Positions 58,901-61,555 of a DNA stretch of 64,000 nt are shown in pieces. Position 1 is the stretch's first letter. Every line of letters starts with the position of its first letter. Position numbers and translations under genes: made by a program. The notes beneath the pieces were generated by a model that worked only from the letters and a program-made list of their open reading frames with translations, made no database searches and was not told where the DNA came from. The stretch is taken from assembly GCA_902765305.1 (NCBI GenBank), contig CACWZI010000014.1, positions 886-64,885 of the forward strand. The letters are read 5' to 3'. This DNA is from an uncultured Eubacteriales bacterium (GTDB taxonomy: Bacteria; Bacillota; Clostridia; Christensenellales; Aristaeellaceae).

Positions 58901-59692
58901 ATCCACAACATCACTGACCTTAATGGGCAAGCCGGCGCGCTTGAGCAGCGCGCTGAGGCGAATCTTCGAGGACGCGTCACGGAGGTCGCAGCTGAAGAGC
59001 GGACCAAAGCCCTCGGGATCCTCCGAAAGCGCCATGGCCGCCTTGGCCACCTCCTCCGCCGTCAGGGTCGGATCGTTGACCAGCCTGAGGTTAAACATGC
59101 CGTCAACCGTATAGACCGTCAGCCGCGCTTCCGCGAAGAGAGGCTTCAGGACGATGAGATAATCGTCCTCCACCTCGGCAATCGCCACAAACAGGGACAT
59201 GTCGATGCCCGTATTGGCGCCGTTGTTCTGCAGGGAGACGCTCTGGATGTCCTTCAGCTGCCTGACCGGCAGCTCCAGTTTCACAATAAGATCACTGAGC
59301 AGCAGCCTGGTCTCATCCTCCAGACGATAGGCATAAGTCTTCCCGTCTCCCGCCGCATTTGACGCGAGATTGTTCGAAAGGGAGAGATCGCCCAGCTGGT
59401 CGAGGGCATCGTCATACGCATCCGCCAGCGAGGTATCCGTCTCCAGGTCCTCGGCAAAGGCAAAGGGTTCGGGATTGATCTCCAGGATCTCAGCCGACGC
59501 CAGTCGGGTTTGGGCGGCGTTGATATCGTCCACCACAAGGCCGAGGGTATTGGACAGCAGGCATACGACCACAAGCATGCTGAACAGCCGCTTCGCAAAA
59601 CGCCTGTTGATCCATCCCCGCCACGGTCCGTGCCGCCACGATTCCAAGTCCCGCGGCGCTCGGTTCGATTCTATATTTCGATAGTCCTTCAT
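34964..59692 (-). CDS. Giant surface protein (about 8,242 aa) with signal-anchor, acidic repeat spacer, MBG and Cna-B/SpaA-like domains, and six Pmp-type (GGAIY) parallel beta-helix modules
   Basis: - One uninterrupted ORF of 24.7 kb. The ATG at 59692 is preceded by GGAGG at 8 nt. The track ORF starts at the upstream TTG at 59734.
- N-terminus: RRFAKRLFSMLVVVCLLSNTLGLVVDDINA.
- Dozens of NGGA(I/V)Y, GGG(I/V)Y and GN.A motifs.
- MBG-type repeats (K.YGDADP...TYTLSR.EGE.VGEY.ITP.G...QGNY.V.F).
- SpaA/Cna-B-like segments (LPGAVFTVYDAQDNPV..., LSGAEFELYTS..., GKLPFGTYYMEEYE).
- Ends ...RLDQSTTPLP* with no LPXTG. Confidence 0.9.
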   Translation of the reverse strand: MKDYRNIESNRAPRDLESWRHGPWRGWINRRFAKRLFSMLVVVCLLSNTLGLVVDDINAAQTRLASAEILEINPEPFAFAEDLETDTSLADAYDDALDQLGDLSLSNNLASNAAGDGKTYAYRLEDETRLLLSDLIVKLELPVRQLKDIQSVSLQNNGANTGIDMSLFVAIAEVEDDYLIVLKPLFAEARLTVYTVDGMFNLRLVNDPTLTAEEVAKAAMALSEDPEGFGPLFSCDLRDASSKIRLSALLKRAGLPIKVSDVVDLGVIEHNGKEGQCLTIEKGKKDYRLTVIRSFNEIELAVFTGSKSYTIVLQNGRASDSEQTETDVFDSSLEIPEIDDIGLEDASSGDLIEVSGQNDELGIDIGVDLDVEQVETPVSEAEPEVEQIQEPEAEAEVEPAQEQEAEPEIEQIQEPETEREQEPEVEPEVEQIEEPEDVPEVEQIEEPEAATEQEPEIEQIEEPEAATEQEPEVEQIEEPEQEPEAEPEVEQIEEPEAAPEQEPEAEPEVEQIEEPEAAPEQEPEVEPEVEQIEEPEQEPEAEPEVEQIEEPEQEPEVEPEVEQIEEPEQDPEAEPEVEQIEEPEQEPEAEPEVEQIEEPEQEPEAEPEVEQIEEPEQELEAEPEVEQIEEPEQEPEAEPEVEQIEEPEAEPEHEPEAEPEIEQIEEPEAAPEQESEVEPESEPVVEPEQEPEAETEAEPTQESGGSDDAESGIRQEAVSSPEATQDGALEIVPEDGAQEEIVSEETPKQESEDEVDDVSAVEPEALPEVEPGTEAQTDEPSPEPETAVSWPAASFAARTSGVNVTVTADEGAFPEGATMSVRRVWDADALSEIRESVADDFVKVRRVQLVDIAFYDAGGNEIEPRIPVSVVISVSEINDDQSAVVVHMDDEGQTQIVADTDVESASGRTNLNVELPAGDTEPGEVEIEQTEVGVGDVETEISFDADGFSLYAVVVTETISTHYIDASGNTYNVEVSYGPEAGIPSGATLSVSELTGDEAEAYAARAAEALNVNGSQVAYAKALDISILADGQPVQPQTPVSVSIKLLDAPEAAENTNIDVIHFGDEPKTLSCALEGDAVTFEADGFSVYVVTYTHQPENQIYSYTAQAGGSLMLSELLEELGIENGISEVETVTAVGSVQAEQENGDWRISTEGEPTEGDSSLTLMMNNNDTITINVTFREKVTVTITEHSETVDYDGQEHTVNGYEVSSNIDNYTEEFFTFSGTASASGTNAGSYDMALTAADFVNVNDSYDVTFVIADGGLTINPTSATVTADEKSKVYGDADPDFTATVEGLIGEDTVAYTLSRSEGEDVGDYAITPAGEAEQGNYNVTFVPANLLVTRATATVTAEAKTKTYGDADPELTATATGLKNDDTVSVITYTLSRAEGEDAGEYAITPTGDAEQGNYSVTFVPANLTVTKVMATVTADAKSKIYGTADPELTATVSGLKNDDAESVITYTLSRAEGESVGEYAITPTGEAQQGNYEVGFVPGTLEITRPTVTAVDSTYDGQVHALVASDNPDVLYFSLDGSEYALGAIPTAINAGTYTVNYRLDGEEAQSITATIKPAPVTLTANSATMPKTDEAITVSGYTCSVNGLTFDGVSASGSGTEPGMYDVTFEGVTLKETKDTTGNYVVTATQNGLLIIMDGEVSNLISKELTEFNGDLASYKIVFNPNALSLNNGGDITIKDTFSENQSINYGSVQIKSKSGVQTSEAQDPSFDYSGYTGTFTVPDGDTVTITYTTRVKGNVGDTVDITNTATLGRVTNQDYASGPSSTVNTQVTIAPTGSDISGTGGVYSIKLYVYAEGHMERGLEGAAFRLLDSNMRPMTYKAGANKGQPIVFTTGETGYVDIALDEAKDGLAIRKNTAYYLEMVTTPFEILDGNYIYYQKDNTYYSFLITDESSYEYGSIYSYSNGDVLKVRCYPEGKGVNVTKRFGGNYALTDAQKNAITFILQKENPSVEGGWEDVESHTYAEFSYGSINFSIGKEGGAELEDYATYHVIEENALPEELEGIVEENVSVSISYQKEGMPVQDDSNEFTVDPDDSKAFSYDLAFTNEYVDHKLTIIKIDGNTGKALPGAVFTVYDAQDNPVATYEAGNGNSITIRRGDAQAAYAADTLYYVAETRAPEDYITPASPEKIYFYFSEGKSGVPEGLPADVSATDLTTSYNTVTLPNRSEAVDIPVTATWGVKGDEAWPEEVKKVVVGLYKSVGGGTAEPVTKDGQPQTLELTKDQYYDTATFVGLPAQEGGKDIFYSVVEENVYGEADVDISDRFADSSSVSGTGWYVVNNQPAVSVVVNKAWLGLDGHPVTDASGKPEVTFDIYRTTTESKATGFTRDELVTFLAGAERVRTGLKLSADSWSKTVDSLQATDKEEHPYYYYALEQVPDNHEDSYAVAAATETAPRTLTISNRQTPYTVTIAVNDLEKIYGDETPDYTFTPDVKEDGATVVVSGPDSEGKYTATVTSANGAENTITFTVSREEGENAGAYTVTPSGDPLQSGYRVLYESGTLTINKALVIITAGAEKTYGDADPALVTIKGLKRDDDASVLSYTVSREDGEDVGEYPITLSGGTDQGNYTVTYVRRDADGKAYNFKINRATTTVKAKDSGKTYGEDDPDFEAEVTGLKFSDEATVLNYDLTREAGEDVGEYTITPSGEAEQGNYNVSYETGKFIISTAGLTIKAEDDEKTYGDVDLEWEVTFDGLTENDQGGTLTSALNEQTGARDYTYTVGEGEDAKTLLTFNVSRETGENVGDYILTPSGDATQRNYKIEYKTGTLTILRAELLVTPDRKVKAVGLAEDPLLTATVTGWMNGDEAAEATHEVGEGENAGVITWTYNRDGQTLLTFSLKRDAGEAEGDYPITATGGTEQSNYTVEYEEGVFEILAILDIDVTQPLVDHVDASANPTFTYKATLDLTGTGLTEYSKNGFEMVDGVPTQTFSLPAEDQASMKTLKVPGGAKLTVLQTDEHVYADYNTAIRLDSAPYTDADDPLRCVLDHVDTYHEIAFAHNRISLPVSARAAVGQTEEGATPLPGREGATGIPEAEDGIRAIDSGFADDMHSKIEYVLPADKYYAYDHASLYTAAGDAIAGGTNVTQIKYDRDNAKWLYRTNGDFVEVPENAQLVLFYLPKYVCKIGTEKFYSLRDAVEYADEHGKTATIEMLIGEYTIRSKDDAVTIPADCTITITTATTEYEGTGTAVISRSLSYPNGHLFYNDGTLTFDTITLEGNSVQAGDALVLNRAENAALTVNQGATLQNAKGVNGGAIYQAGGTVTVNGTLTNNAVTNGGGAVYVKAGTFTMGADGKLIGNSAATGGAVHVNDGTVNIGGTIGGTGEGDGNTATSGGAVYINKGMVNVTGSVTGNGADNGGAVYQVGGTLTVSGSMNQNTASVNGGAVYVSNGTLTVEAGGSLSDNSATSATGNGGAVYQAGGTVDNEGVISGNGAASGGGIYRVNGTLTVGGTLSGNTANENGGGLYTVGGAVTVTGTLGGDAEGAANSAANGGAIYTSGTTLNLNGARFTGNTATDNGGAIYALNADTVIGGTWTNAATEGTAASFKGNAATGNGGALYMEGGSVTVMNANSTLNANTAENGGAIYATSGAITVEKGKLESNEANANGGAIYVDSASVTVKGGTLGGTGKGNVAKQGNGGAIYSGSGPVTISGGTLAGNSAESGEGGAVYADSGTVNYTGGSINGGNSAVNGAAIFVGSGIANVSASITGNTATNGGAIGVGGTLARLNFKGNAEVNNNTMNGAQSNVYLDVDSELVVNADSLNNGKKIGIYVPGDVNSDQVVKHGDVTGYFGAYVSAGTLANISNVFKSDRFSDLKVAYENNRVYWIGNLTYDIYWLKNYDSQFPPTTSYTAAPSKKVCTNKTYAPRTRQSDIYDLVMAMKLYEKHNNDFVTNVGADYASTAVYAYTFSDKALNNTFENYLKTIRWDGTARKWVYDKKDGTTAPANTTKLVIFYSAPAYLTVVNNNTSGLELDISELTVLGKDAGEGVYGYVTAKNGATVTTLRTLTADDLKLGAGDSIKLMFPGAQGQKFTLKGTFTGEGAGEGTAVSYTFNGGARQTITGTTVDFSSDSFKLNPNDESADLIFGDALPICKIGDQPFSTLKAAIAYAVAQKASTGNDTYKIEMLVDYLVPKDDILEIPAGYNITFTTAAKDAETLPYKGNGTRATLSRDTGNTGSSVSATNSTLTVDSLAFDGRSLTASGAGGAVSATNCTTVTITNCDFKGYRAKNGGAVYVDNQKTGSSLTVEDCSFYNCQTNASNDKAGGGGLWTTARELYVRRCDFDFCACLAGNAQAGSIFHNIRSDWAPNSKTVISDCTFSNSYSVGGSGGTIETDALDVTIENCEFRGSYTNKSKGNGGAINALAGDAGASGTEGYIGNYNADCCLTVRNCLFEGCRADNSGNGGAIVSSMWYVTIENCKFDNCQSKYGGAIKMTNGNAKWLHINGSTFKNCTAADVGGGVHAAVPSIEIKKSNAGKFLDNTDNDGSTHFIDCVANRGGGIDNNKDGATVTMENVDFNRCAARTSNGGALYTKAQSLSITGDANNFTDCTGYGSGGAVYQLRNADKSSVTLENCTFTGCEANNNGNGGGLYATAKTLTINYDTANDSAIEGAKGSFVNCTAANAGGGLYHDNAGTVNIANCGFDGCTAKTNTGGGLHTTAHTLKIIGVDSKFKNCTAQTDGGGLYQNRNADGSSFTFRDGSFESCTATGNYGGAIYTPAKNVTLQSCTVKGSTAKAQGGGIWISPATKATFDGCTITGNTVTNSDSKGGGVYVNGGTTTYNSGTVSGCGAAYGGGWYQNNGTLYILGGSISGSATNGGGLYMYDGNTKVYHYGGTVAGTATANGGGVYKNNGSYTVGNGSYNNKEYNKGASIGGLITLPVTVNGEETTEAVTSSAVNGGGVYNANGTLTLNAGGSIGSLETGENGGIVYTATATGNGGGIYLGGGAVRIYGGVITNCQATGNGGGIFHTSTGSNNDLYFYGADSTVKIQNCLASNGGGVYVNSNTFHMGENGKTSLGTIENCQATINGGGVYVAGGTFNLRNASAIKACIANADGGGVYQAGGTFNQYNTSSIADCRASNNGGGVYHAGGAFAFSGGDIIRNSAANNGGGVYHAGGTFSMTNASAVIGGSEENANAANMGAGVFVADNQAATFNGSTVTYNHAVNAGGGIAVGGPDAVLTFQGTVTVRHNTMGSQNTACNVYLDQNRNTVIKNNALNAAAYIGVYASDEQDAGHGQSGKPFGTWNTGTNYDKNLNVYHNDRRQYLYGMKGSSNNLVIWPEFVCKITDGDGNLLYKDTSGTPAVYSELETGTNALNTATPTFYTAEGTSYTSNRYQVQMLVQEYELGSGKQIVLSAGALEVTLTTASTEEDECGFKYTGDSRFSATIKRTAATVPMVNLGNNNKLILNDVTLDGGHQAANNAEGAILRIWATAGTTPEVILNSGATLQNGSTANKAGGAVYLKDAACVFTMNAGSQIKDCSAGTSNGGAVAVNNGTFTMNAGSSITGCSAANGGGVYVTNSGAINMNGGTITGNNATSIGGGIALVNGNSRANFSGYCTVTGNTLNGTTRCNVQFTPDTNAIINAKGLDSRSEIGVYTANGTILTKHGESGDPFGTWSEDGDKLFCFVNDRSRDLWNIDLRGFESAVASNHYIYWEYHPLLTVFKAVESDWSYDRNEAEFTFEVSLPEKTSMTQTERNSIKGMSFNGQGIATVKLKAGESASAEFPNNFDKFEYEVKEILSADAQADYETAAQKNGEAYAFAEDKPLTVSGQLGENIGTANSTSLSSVTFTNTRNTDALTIKAETVSTVQSDYEESFDYTLTLGDNTISKTYPATGKIGELEFTAGVASFSLKHNESITIRDLPTDLPYTVEETLNDKQKTHIRTQVSRNGVEPVYAQSQNGKIGEAETPEEVVFTNNFLEIVCKITNRSRALLYYRDTAGKLQPAIFAHLEDAFDQVNSGNLRTSGNGTVSGQLRIEMVVPEYTMERGATLIAGKNVLLSTALTTDEQYPYNEGVDDGEGNVSTVTRGYDGDSMIVTDGAFTIDKITLDGGADVHNATVKGGVVRVTSPVRLTVNGGATLQNSATSGNGGAIWLGAGASLAMNGAILNCEAAAGGGVYAEIGFTGFTATGTISGCEATNGNGGAIYASIGSSVNLNAGTVLTGNTASGDGGAVWSAANVILRGTVGGTEENDGNKAGGNGGGICMGEYTTFTMYAGSSLSGNNANNGGGLATVSNARIAGGVLQNNSATVNGGAVYGGTGSTVAISGAASFTQNEANQGGAVYDGGSATMTGGSMTDNTASDKGGAVYVAGGKAFTMSGGSIKDGNKSPEGAVSTDSDVVLAFSGNAVVRGNTDTDGINAMNVFLGFDSNSIITTTGLGTSADIGVYVADGDPEDPETVEDAVVNPIYSDHGMSSRNFGTYTGSNAGGARLNKFVNDRDTTLNGMAGASVTNGNYVVWTGKGLQLRVYKVDSDGKNPTPASGIRFALTNDTTNMMVWSGNSDATGLVTIPWGAEESENGKAATFAPKSRYTLKQVAANADTVLPAGSWSLTVGRDNSVTWSQDAVIDTVNQTIAIALPEGTEKGYLGDTFDLFNDSKPTLTYNATGGKLSDNKIERTDTIKFTTQETSHAYTITETNPTWDSHVFRNWATMEKKPESTDGVDLTEEELSDKGYFEYDRLSEITFFRGTEQQENTQGTSKGDMTLYAQWDEVVCKITDRDGKILYVNGSPAVYGTLEAGFEAYNAAGSSTFTYGTGGKATARRIEMLVPTYTLNESVSVARGKTVTLTTAPTTDTDSYAYTGEPGTVCVITRGESCDGTMISNNANLTLMNITLDGGNRQVVCEGGFVNNAQTSAVLTIANGATLCNSLVDGNGGAVNAPAGTRVNVTGGTIVGNSASGFGGAIYTAGTLKVSGSARIGDEGKPNRATNGGGIYVADGQTEVTGSAKIRYNTADKQGEARWDEENGGGICLAGGTLNLAGNAEISHNEAKGRGGALYMLVGSATISGNSSLSDNIARNSEGGGGVYVYQSTLNMTGGTITGNRVLNDDGQGGGVRLANGGATFNLSGGTITNNEAASGGGVGMFNDSTMTMTGGTISGNRATNGGGVYSDNSATLNLKDGNIAGNIAETNGGGVYQAGGTFNMTGGTIGGTTASAANKAIDGAGIYVASGSAAVSDGSVTGNQATRDGGGVYNAAGVFALSENGKITGNTATRNGGGVYQNSTGIEATETDPAVPGFTVSGGGIDNNTAAANGGGVYHAGGTFAMTDGTIGGTANKAIDGAGIYVASGSADLSGGGIANNTANGNGGAVFVYNGGILNMSAGGIANNTANGNGGAVFVDNGGILNLSAGSITGNKATGTNGGAINVDGADARLNFSGNPVVYGNPAANGQQKNVVLSVDNNEVINTNETGLTGGTIGVYVIDGTDTYDKHGIQDTPFGTFGDAGHANPQVFVNDRDLALYAVSKSATDTNIYWVPIVCKLTDGSNNLLYTQRNINGQDVKVAAVYPHLEGTDASTCGLAAAEGTLYPYGSTTAYTGNAIQVKMLCDYELPASASVTGTRAVTLTTAETTTDGNTYMASNADSYIFVPGKEGENGRQATDSPSTAIIRRGPAFNDASMFTKAGSAEFTVKDIVLDSGNVQTAVNGGIVNVNAGKLTIADGAMLRNSETTGNGGTVYVAAGAITEMTGGEITGNTAANGGAVYVANGGTMTLKDGTSGTGTSATITGNTATADGAGIYLDEGATLNLEGSPDFGGADVDADGNILGERGNFIESADQAASDGDSTPDSGTSDGGDNTSSATGDGTDDEVAAARTNGQKTYTKERQDIYVKGYLGTVGSGETAKPKPATSIVVTGAINSGAGTIWVAAEEQEKEPENNHYKMLKQFAVYSGSTVNETTMKAFRNAWDDESTGCGADYLTGQDGDDLTDEAGKTWKCIYWTGGFDFVFKKIGPDGNALSGAEFELYTSTKVSEGVYTPATDTSGAFVPYEQTGSSGKKETATTKPIETAADAATIMVMPDGSTIPKKVENVYGQGLLKFEKIPPAVYFIKEKTDADGTVTIGSVKYRPVEDMYMVDLNPKGYYTITRVEVGEDSSKKPTYTNTGAAPTETLTFGTDSVPVALALNVDARTRKVILKKVDGSLTPLEGKYFTVKYADKTTIVKVDGVPLKKLASGVGGAFWIGKLPFGTYYMEEYESNAENAAVAKYFKFKVDDKGVSKPEGTDWTLTNRLDQSTTPLP
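35853..37240 (-). other. Beta-helix module 6 of the giant ORF (short, with an Asp/Ser/Gly-rich insert)
   Basis: Begins with VCKLTDGSNNLLYTQRNINGQDVKVAAVYPHLEG and has few GGAVY rungs. Two C-terminal SpaA/Cna-B-like domains follow at 34964-35852. Confidence 0.55.
37241..39532 (-). other. Beta-helix module 5 of the giant ORF
   Basis: Begins with VCKITDRDGKILYVNGSPAVYGTLEAGFEAY and ends with KNVVLSVDNNEVIN...IGVYVIDGT...PFGTFGD...FVNDRDL. Confidence 0.65.
39533..41902 (-). other. Beta-helix module 4 of the giant ORF
   Basis: Begins with VCKITNRSRALLYYRDTAGKLQPAIFAHLEDAF and ends with MNVFLGFDSNSIIT...IGVYVADGD...FGTYTG...FVNDRDT. A SpaA-like domain follows (LQLRVYKVDSDGKNPTPASGIRFALTND). Confidence 0.65.
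41903..43822 (-). other. Beta-helix module 3 of the giant ORF
   Basis: Begins with VCKITDGDGNLLYKDTSGTPAVYSELE and ends with CNVQFTPDTNAIIN...IGVYTANG...PFGTWSE...FVNDRSR. A beta-sandwich linker follows. Confidence 0.65.
43823..47392 (-). other. Beta-helix module 2 of the giant ORF (longest; Cys-rich rungs of the form NC.F..C.A....GGG(L/I))
   Basis: Begins with ICKIGDQPFSTLKAAIAYAVAQ and ends with CNVYLDQNRNTVIKN...YIGVYASDEQ...PFGTWN...YHNDRRQ. Confidence 0.65.
47393..50299 (-). other. Beta-helix module 1 of the giant ORF
   Basis: Begins with VCKIGTEKFYSLRDAVEYADEHGKTATIEMLIGEY, continues through GGA(I/V)Y rungs, and ends with NVYLDVDSELVVN...IGIYVPG...FGAY...F.SDR plus a linker beta-sandwich. 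Confidence 0.65.
51030..52450 (-). repeat. MBG-domain block 2 (about five tandem copies) in the giant ORF
   Basis: EKIYGDETPDYTF..., AEKTYGDADPALVTIKGLKRDD..., SGKTYGEDDPDFEAEVTGLKFSDE..., DEKTYGDVDLEWEVTF..., ...DAGEAEGDYPITATGGTEQSNYTVEYEEGVFEI. Confidence 0.7.
55195..55915 (-). repeat. MBG-domain block 1 (three tandem copies) in the giant ORF
   Basis: KVYGDADPDFTATVEGLIGEDTVAYTLSRSEGEDVGDYAITPAGEAEQGNYNVTFVPANLLVT, plus two further copies. Confidence 0.7.
57560..58560 (-). repeat. In-frame acidic tandem repeat (EPEQEPEAEPEVEQIE units; 48-bp period with longer variants) inside the giant ORF
   Basis: About 20 reiterations of ggctcctcgatctgttcaacctccggctcagcttccggctcctgctca on the plus strand. 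It translates to E/P/Q/V/I-only sequence of about 320 aa. Confidence 0.9.
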
Positions 59693-59888
59693 CTGGTCTA
59701 CCTCCAAAAAGCAGAAGCCATTTTTATATGGCAAACTCCGCCTGCATTATTTTATCTGCAGACGGAAACCCATTATTCCGTTCCTCCAACCGATTCCTCG
59801 GAATATGCATTCCGGCCATATCGGTTGAAAATCATTGTGGATGTGGCAAAATCCATCTATATATAGTCGATTCTACCAACCCACATAT

Positions 59889-59897
59889 ATTATATCA
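59889..59897 (-). promoter_or_regulatory. Candidate extended -10 promoter (TGaTATAAT) for the giant-adhesin operon
   Basis: Minus strand catgaTATAATatatg. TG at 59897-59896 and TATAAT at 59894-59889. The -35 is poor. This would give a 5' UTR of about 195 nt. It is the only good -10 between the upstream terminator and the start codon. Confidence 0.35.
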
Positions 59898-59993
59898 TGG
59901 AAAAGGGTATAAAGTCCATATCCCAGGCCCCAAAATTCACAGTTTGCCCAAGTTTTTTTACAATGAAACCCTTTGAAATAACAGGGAGAGGAA

Positions 59994-60038
59994 CAGAAAA
60001 ATCGGCGTCCAAATGATCTCAATCATTTGAACGCCGAT
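59994..60038 (-). terminator. Rho-independent terminator after the NeuD-like gene, insulating the polysaccharide locus from the adhesin operon
   Basis: Minus strand atcggcgt-t-caaatgat tgag atcatttg-g-acgccgat followed by TTTTTCT. Confidence 0.75.
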
Positions 60039-60053
60039 TACACTCAAAAGCGC

Positions 60054-60536
60054 TCATCCGACGACCCCGCCGGGGTCGATCTTTCCGCCTGCCCTTTTCC
60101 CTGCGGCGACGATGGCGCCCGCATTGATGTGGCTGAAATCGTCGATCCTGGCGTCGTGGTCGACCAGCGCGCCTATGGACAGTATGCAGCCCTTCCCCAC
60201 ACGCGCACGGGTGTTGACCACGGCCCCGGGCAGGACGACGCTTCCCTCGCCCAGGCTCGCGGATGGCGCGACGAAGGCCCTCGGGTGAACGAGGGTCGCG
60301 ATGGGGGCGTGGACCGCCTGCAGGCGCTGGATAAACGCCCGGCGCAGGTCATTGTTGCCGATGCTGACGATCACGCCGTCATAGCGGCCCGCCAGCGCCT
60401 CGGCGCGGTCCGTCGTGCCGACGGCGCAGGGATTGCGGTCGTCCAGGAAGTCCACCCGGTCATAGCCGCAGGCCATGGCGACCTCGGCCAGCACCTGTCC
60501 GTGGCCGCCCGCGCCGATGATCAGCAGCCTTTTCAT
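60054..60536 (-). CDS. NeuD/PglD-family sugar O- or N-acetyltransferase (left-handed beta-helix hexapeptide repeat)
   Basis: MKRLLIIGAGGHGQVLAEVA...DFLDD N-terminal Rossmann-like domain, followed by hexapeptide repeats (VHPRAFVAPSASLGEGSVVLPGAVVNTRARVGKGCILSIGALVDHDARIDDFSHINAGAIV). ATG at 60536. Confidence 0.75.
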   Translation of the reverse strand: MKRLLIIGAGGHGQVLAEVAMACGYDRVDFLDDRNPCAVGTTDRAEALAGRYDGVIVSIGNNDLRRAFIQRLQAVHAPIATLVHPRAFVAPSASLGEGSVVLPGAVVNTRARVGKGCILSIGALVDHDARIDDFSHINAGAIVAAGKRAGGKIDPGGVVG

Positions 60537-60549
60537 AGGCACCCCCGGC

Positions 60550-61470
60550 TCACGCCGCCTTGATCGGCCCGACCTCGATCTTCGCGCCGCGCATACACTT
60601 GACCTCGTACCGGTCAGAGAGCACGGCCACACACTCCTGAAGGTTGGAAAACTCGCGGTCGGCGCCGTCCACCGTCACCGTCACTGGCCCTTCCACAAGG
60701 CCCAGCAGCGCACTCAGCGGCATTTTGCCGGGCAGGTCGCTGAGATATTCGAGGTAATCCCTGACGGGTACACCCTTCGCCGACTGGCGGATTTCTTCAC
60801 GCTTTTCCGGGCTGAGGCTCTCGTCGGCAATGAACACGATGCTGATGCCCTGGTACTGGATTTGCGCCGGGATGGAGCCGTAATCGACGATCGGAATGCC
60901 GTCCATCGTCTTTCCGCTGTGCTCGCCGACGATCACCACCACCTGGAACGGGGAATTGTCCTCCAAATAGCGTATGAATTCCTTTCCGGTATCCCCGGAC
61001 CCCACCACCATGGCCGGAATCGTCCACGATCGAATCTTTTCGCCCCGCTGCCGGTGCATGTGCAAAAAACGATACGCGAAGCGGATCATGGCGGTCATCA
61101 GAAACTGCAGGAAGGCGCCGATGAGATAATAGCTGGTCGGCATGCTGTGCACAAACCACTTCGTACCGAACACGTGAATCGCGGCGGTGATCGCGTTGGC
61201 CACTATGATCCGGTTCATATCGTCCAGCCCCGCGTAGCGCCACATGCCGTTGTACAGCCCGCAGGCATAGAACACGATCAGGCAGAGCACGGTATAGTAC
61301 GGCGTAAATTGCAGGTAGTACTCCCTGAAATCACCGATACCCGACGTGAACCTGAAGTGCACGTAGAATCGAATCAGCAGGGCCAGCAGATAGGCCCCGT
61401 TGACGGCGATGATATCCAGCAGCACGATCCACAGATCGGAGCGCAAGCGCTTCTTAATGTTCTCCATCAT
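60550..61470 (-). CDS. Membrane protein resembling only the N-terminal half of CapD/PglF-type polysaccharide biosynthesis proteins (no dehydratase domain)
   Basis: Four TM segments (LLDIIAVNGAYLLALLIRFY...), followed by a Rossmann-like VVGSGDTGKEFIRYLEDNSPFQVVVIVGEHSGKTMDGIPIV...ISIVFIADESLSPEKREEI. The protein ends after about 306 aa, whereas I recall full CapD/PglF as roughly 600 aa. Confidence 0.5.
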   Translation of the reverse strand: MMENIKKRLRSDLWIVLLDIIAVNGAYLLALLIRFYVHFRFTSGIGDFREYYLQFTPYYTVLCLIVFYACGLYNGMWRYAGLDDMNRIIVANAITAAIHVFGTKWFVHSMPTSYYLIGAFLQFLMTAMIRFAYRFLHMHRQRGEKIRSWTIPAMVVGSGDTGKEFIRYLEDNSPFQVVVIVGEHSGKTMDGIPIVDYGSIPAQIQYQGISIVFIADESLSPEKREEIRQSAKGVPVRDYLEYLSDLPGKMPLSALLGLVEGPVTVTVDGADREFSNLQECVAVLSDRYEVKCMRGAKIEVGPIKAA

Positions 61471-61555
61471 AACAATTCTTCTCCATAATGGGTTTTCCTC
61501 AACGCTATCATACCACAAACGAAGCGCGATGTCTACTGTGCTGCTGAGACGAAAT

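Noticed and set aside
34964-59692. Thioester (TED) or isopeptide-adhesin interpretation of the invariant Cys in the VCKI motif; sortase LPXTG anchoring
   Set aside because: The Cys context (V-C-K-I-T/G-D) does not, as far as I recall, fit the thioester-domain Cys motif. No LPXTG-like motif with a hydrophobic tail is present at the C-terminus.
59693-59888. Possible riboswitch (for example c-di-GMP class I or II) in the 5' UTR of about 195 nt upstream of the giant adhesin
   Set aside because: Only small hairpins were seen (ggaat-atgc-attcc near 59799-59812, ctgca...tgcag near 59745-59765). I could not find the conserved GEMM-I or c-di-GMP-II core sequences by eye. A covariance-model scan would be needed, so no claim is made.
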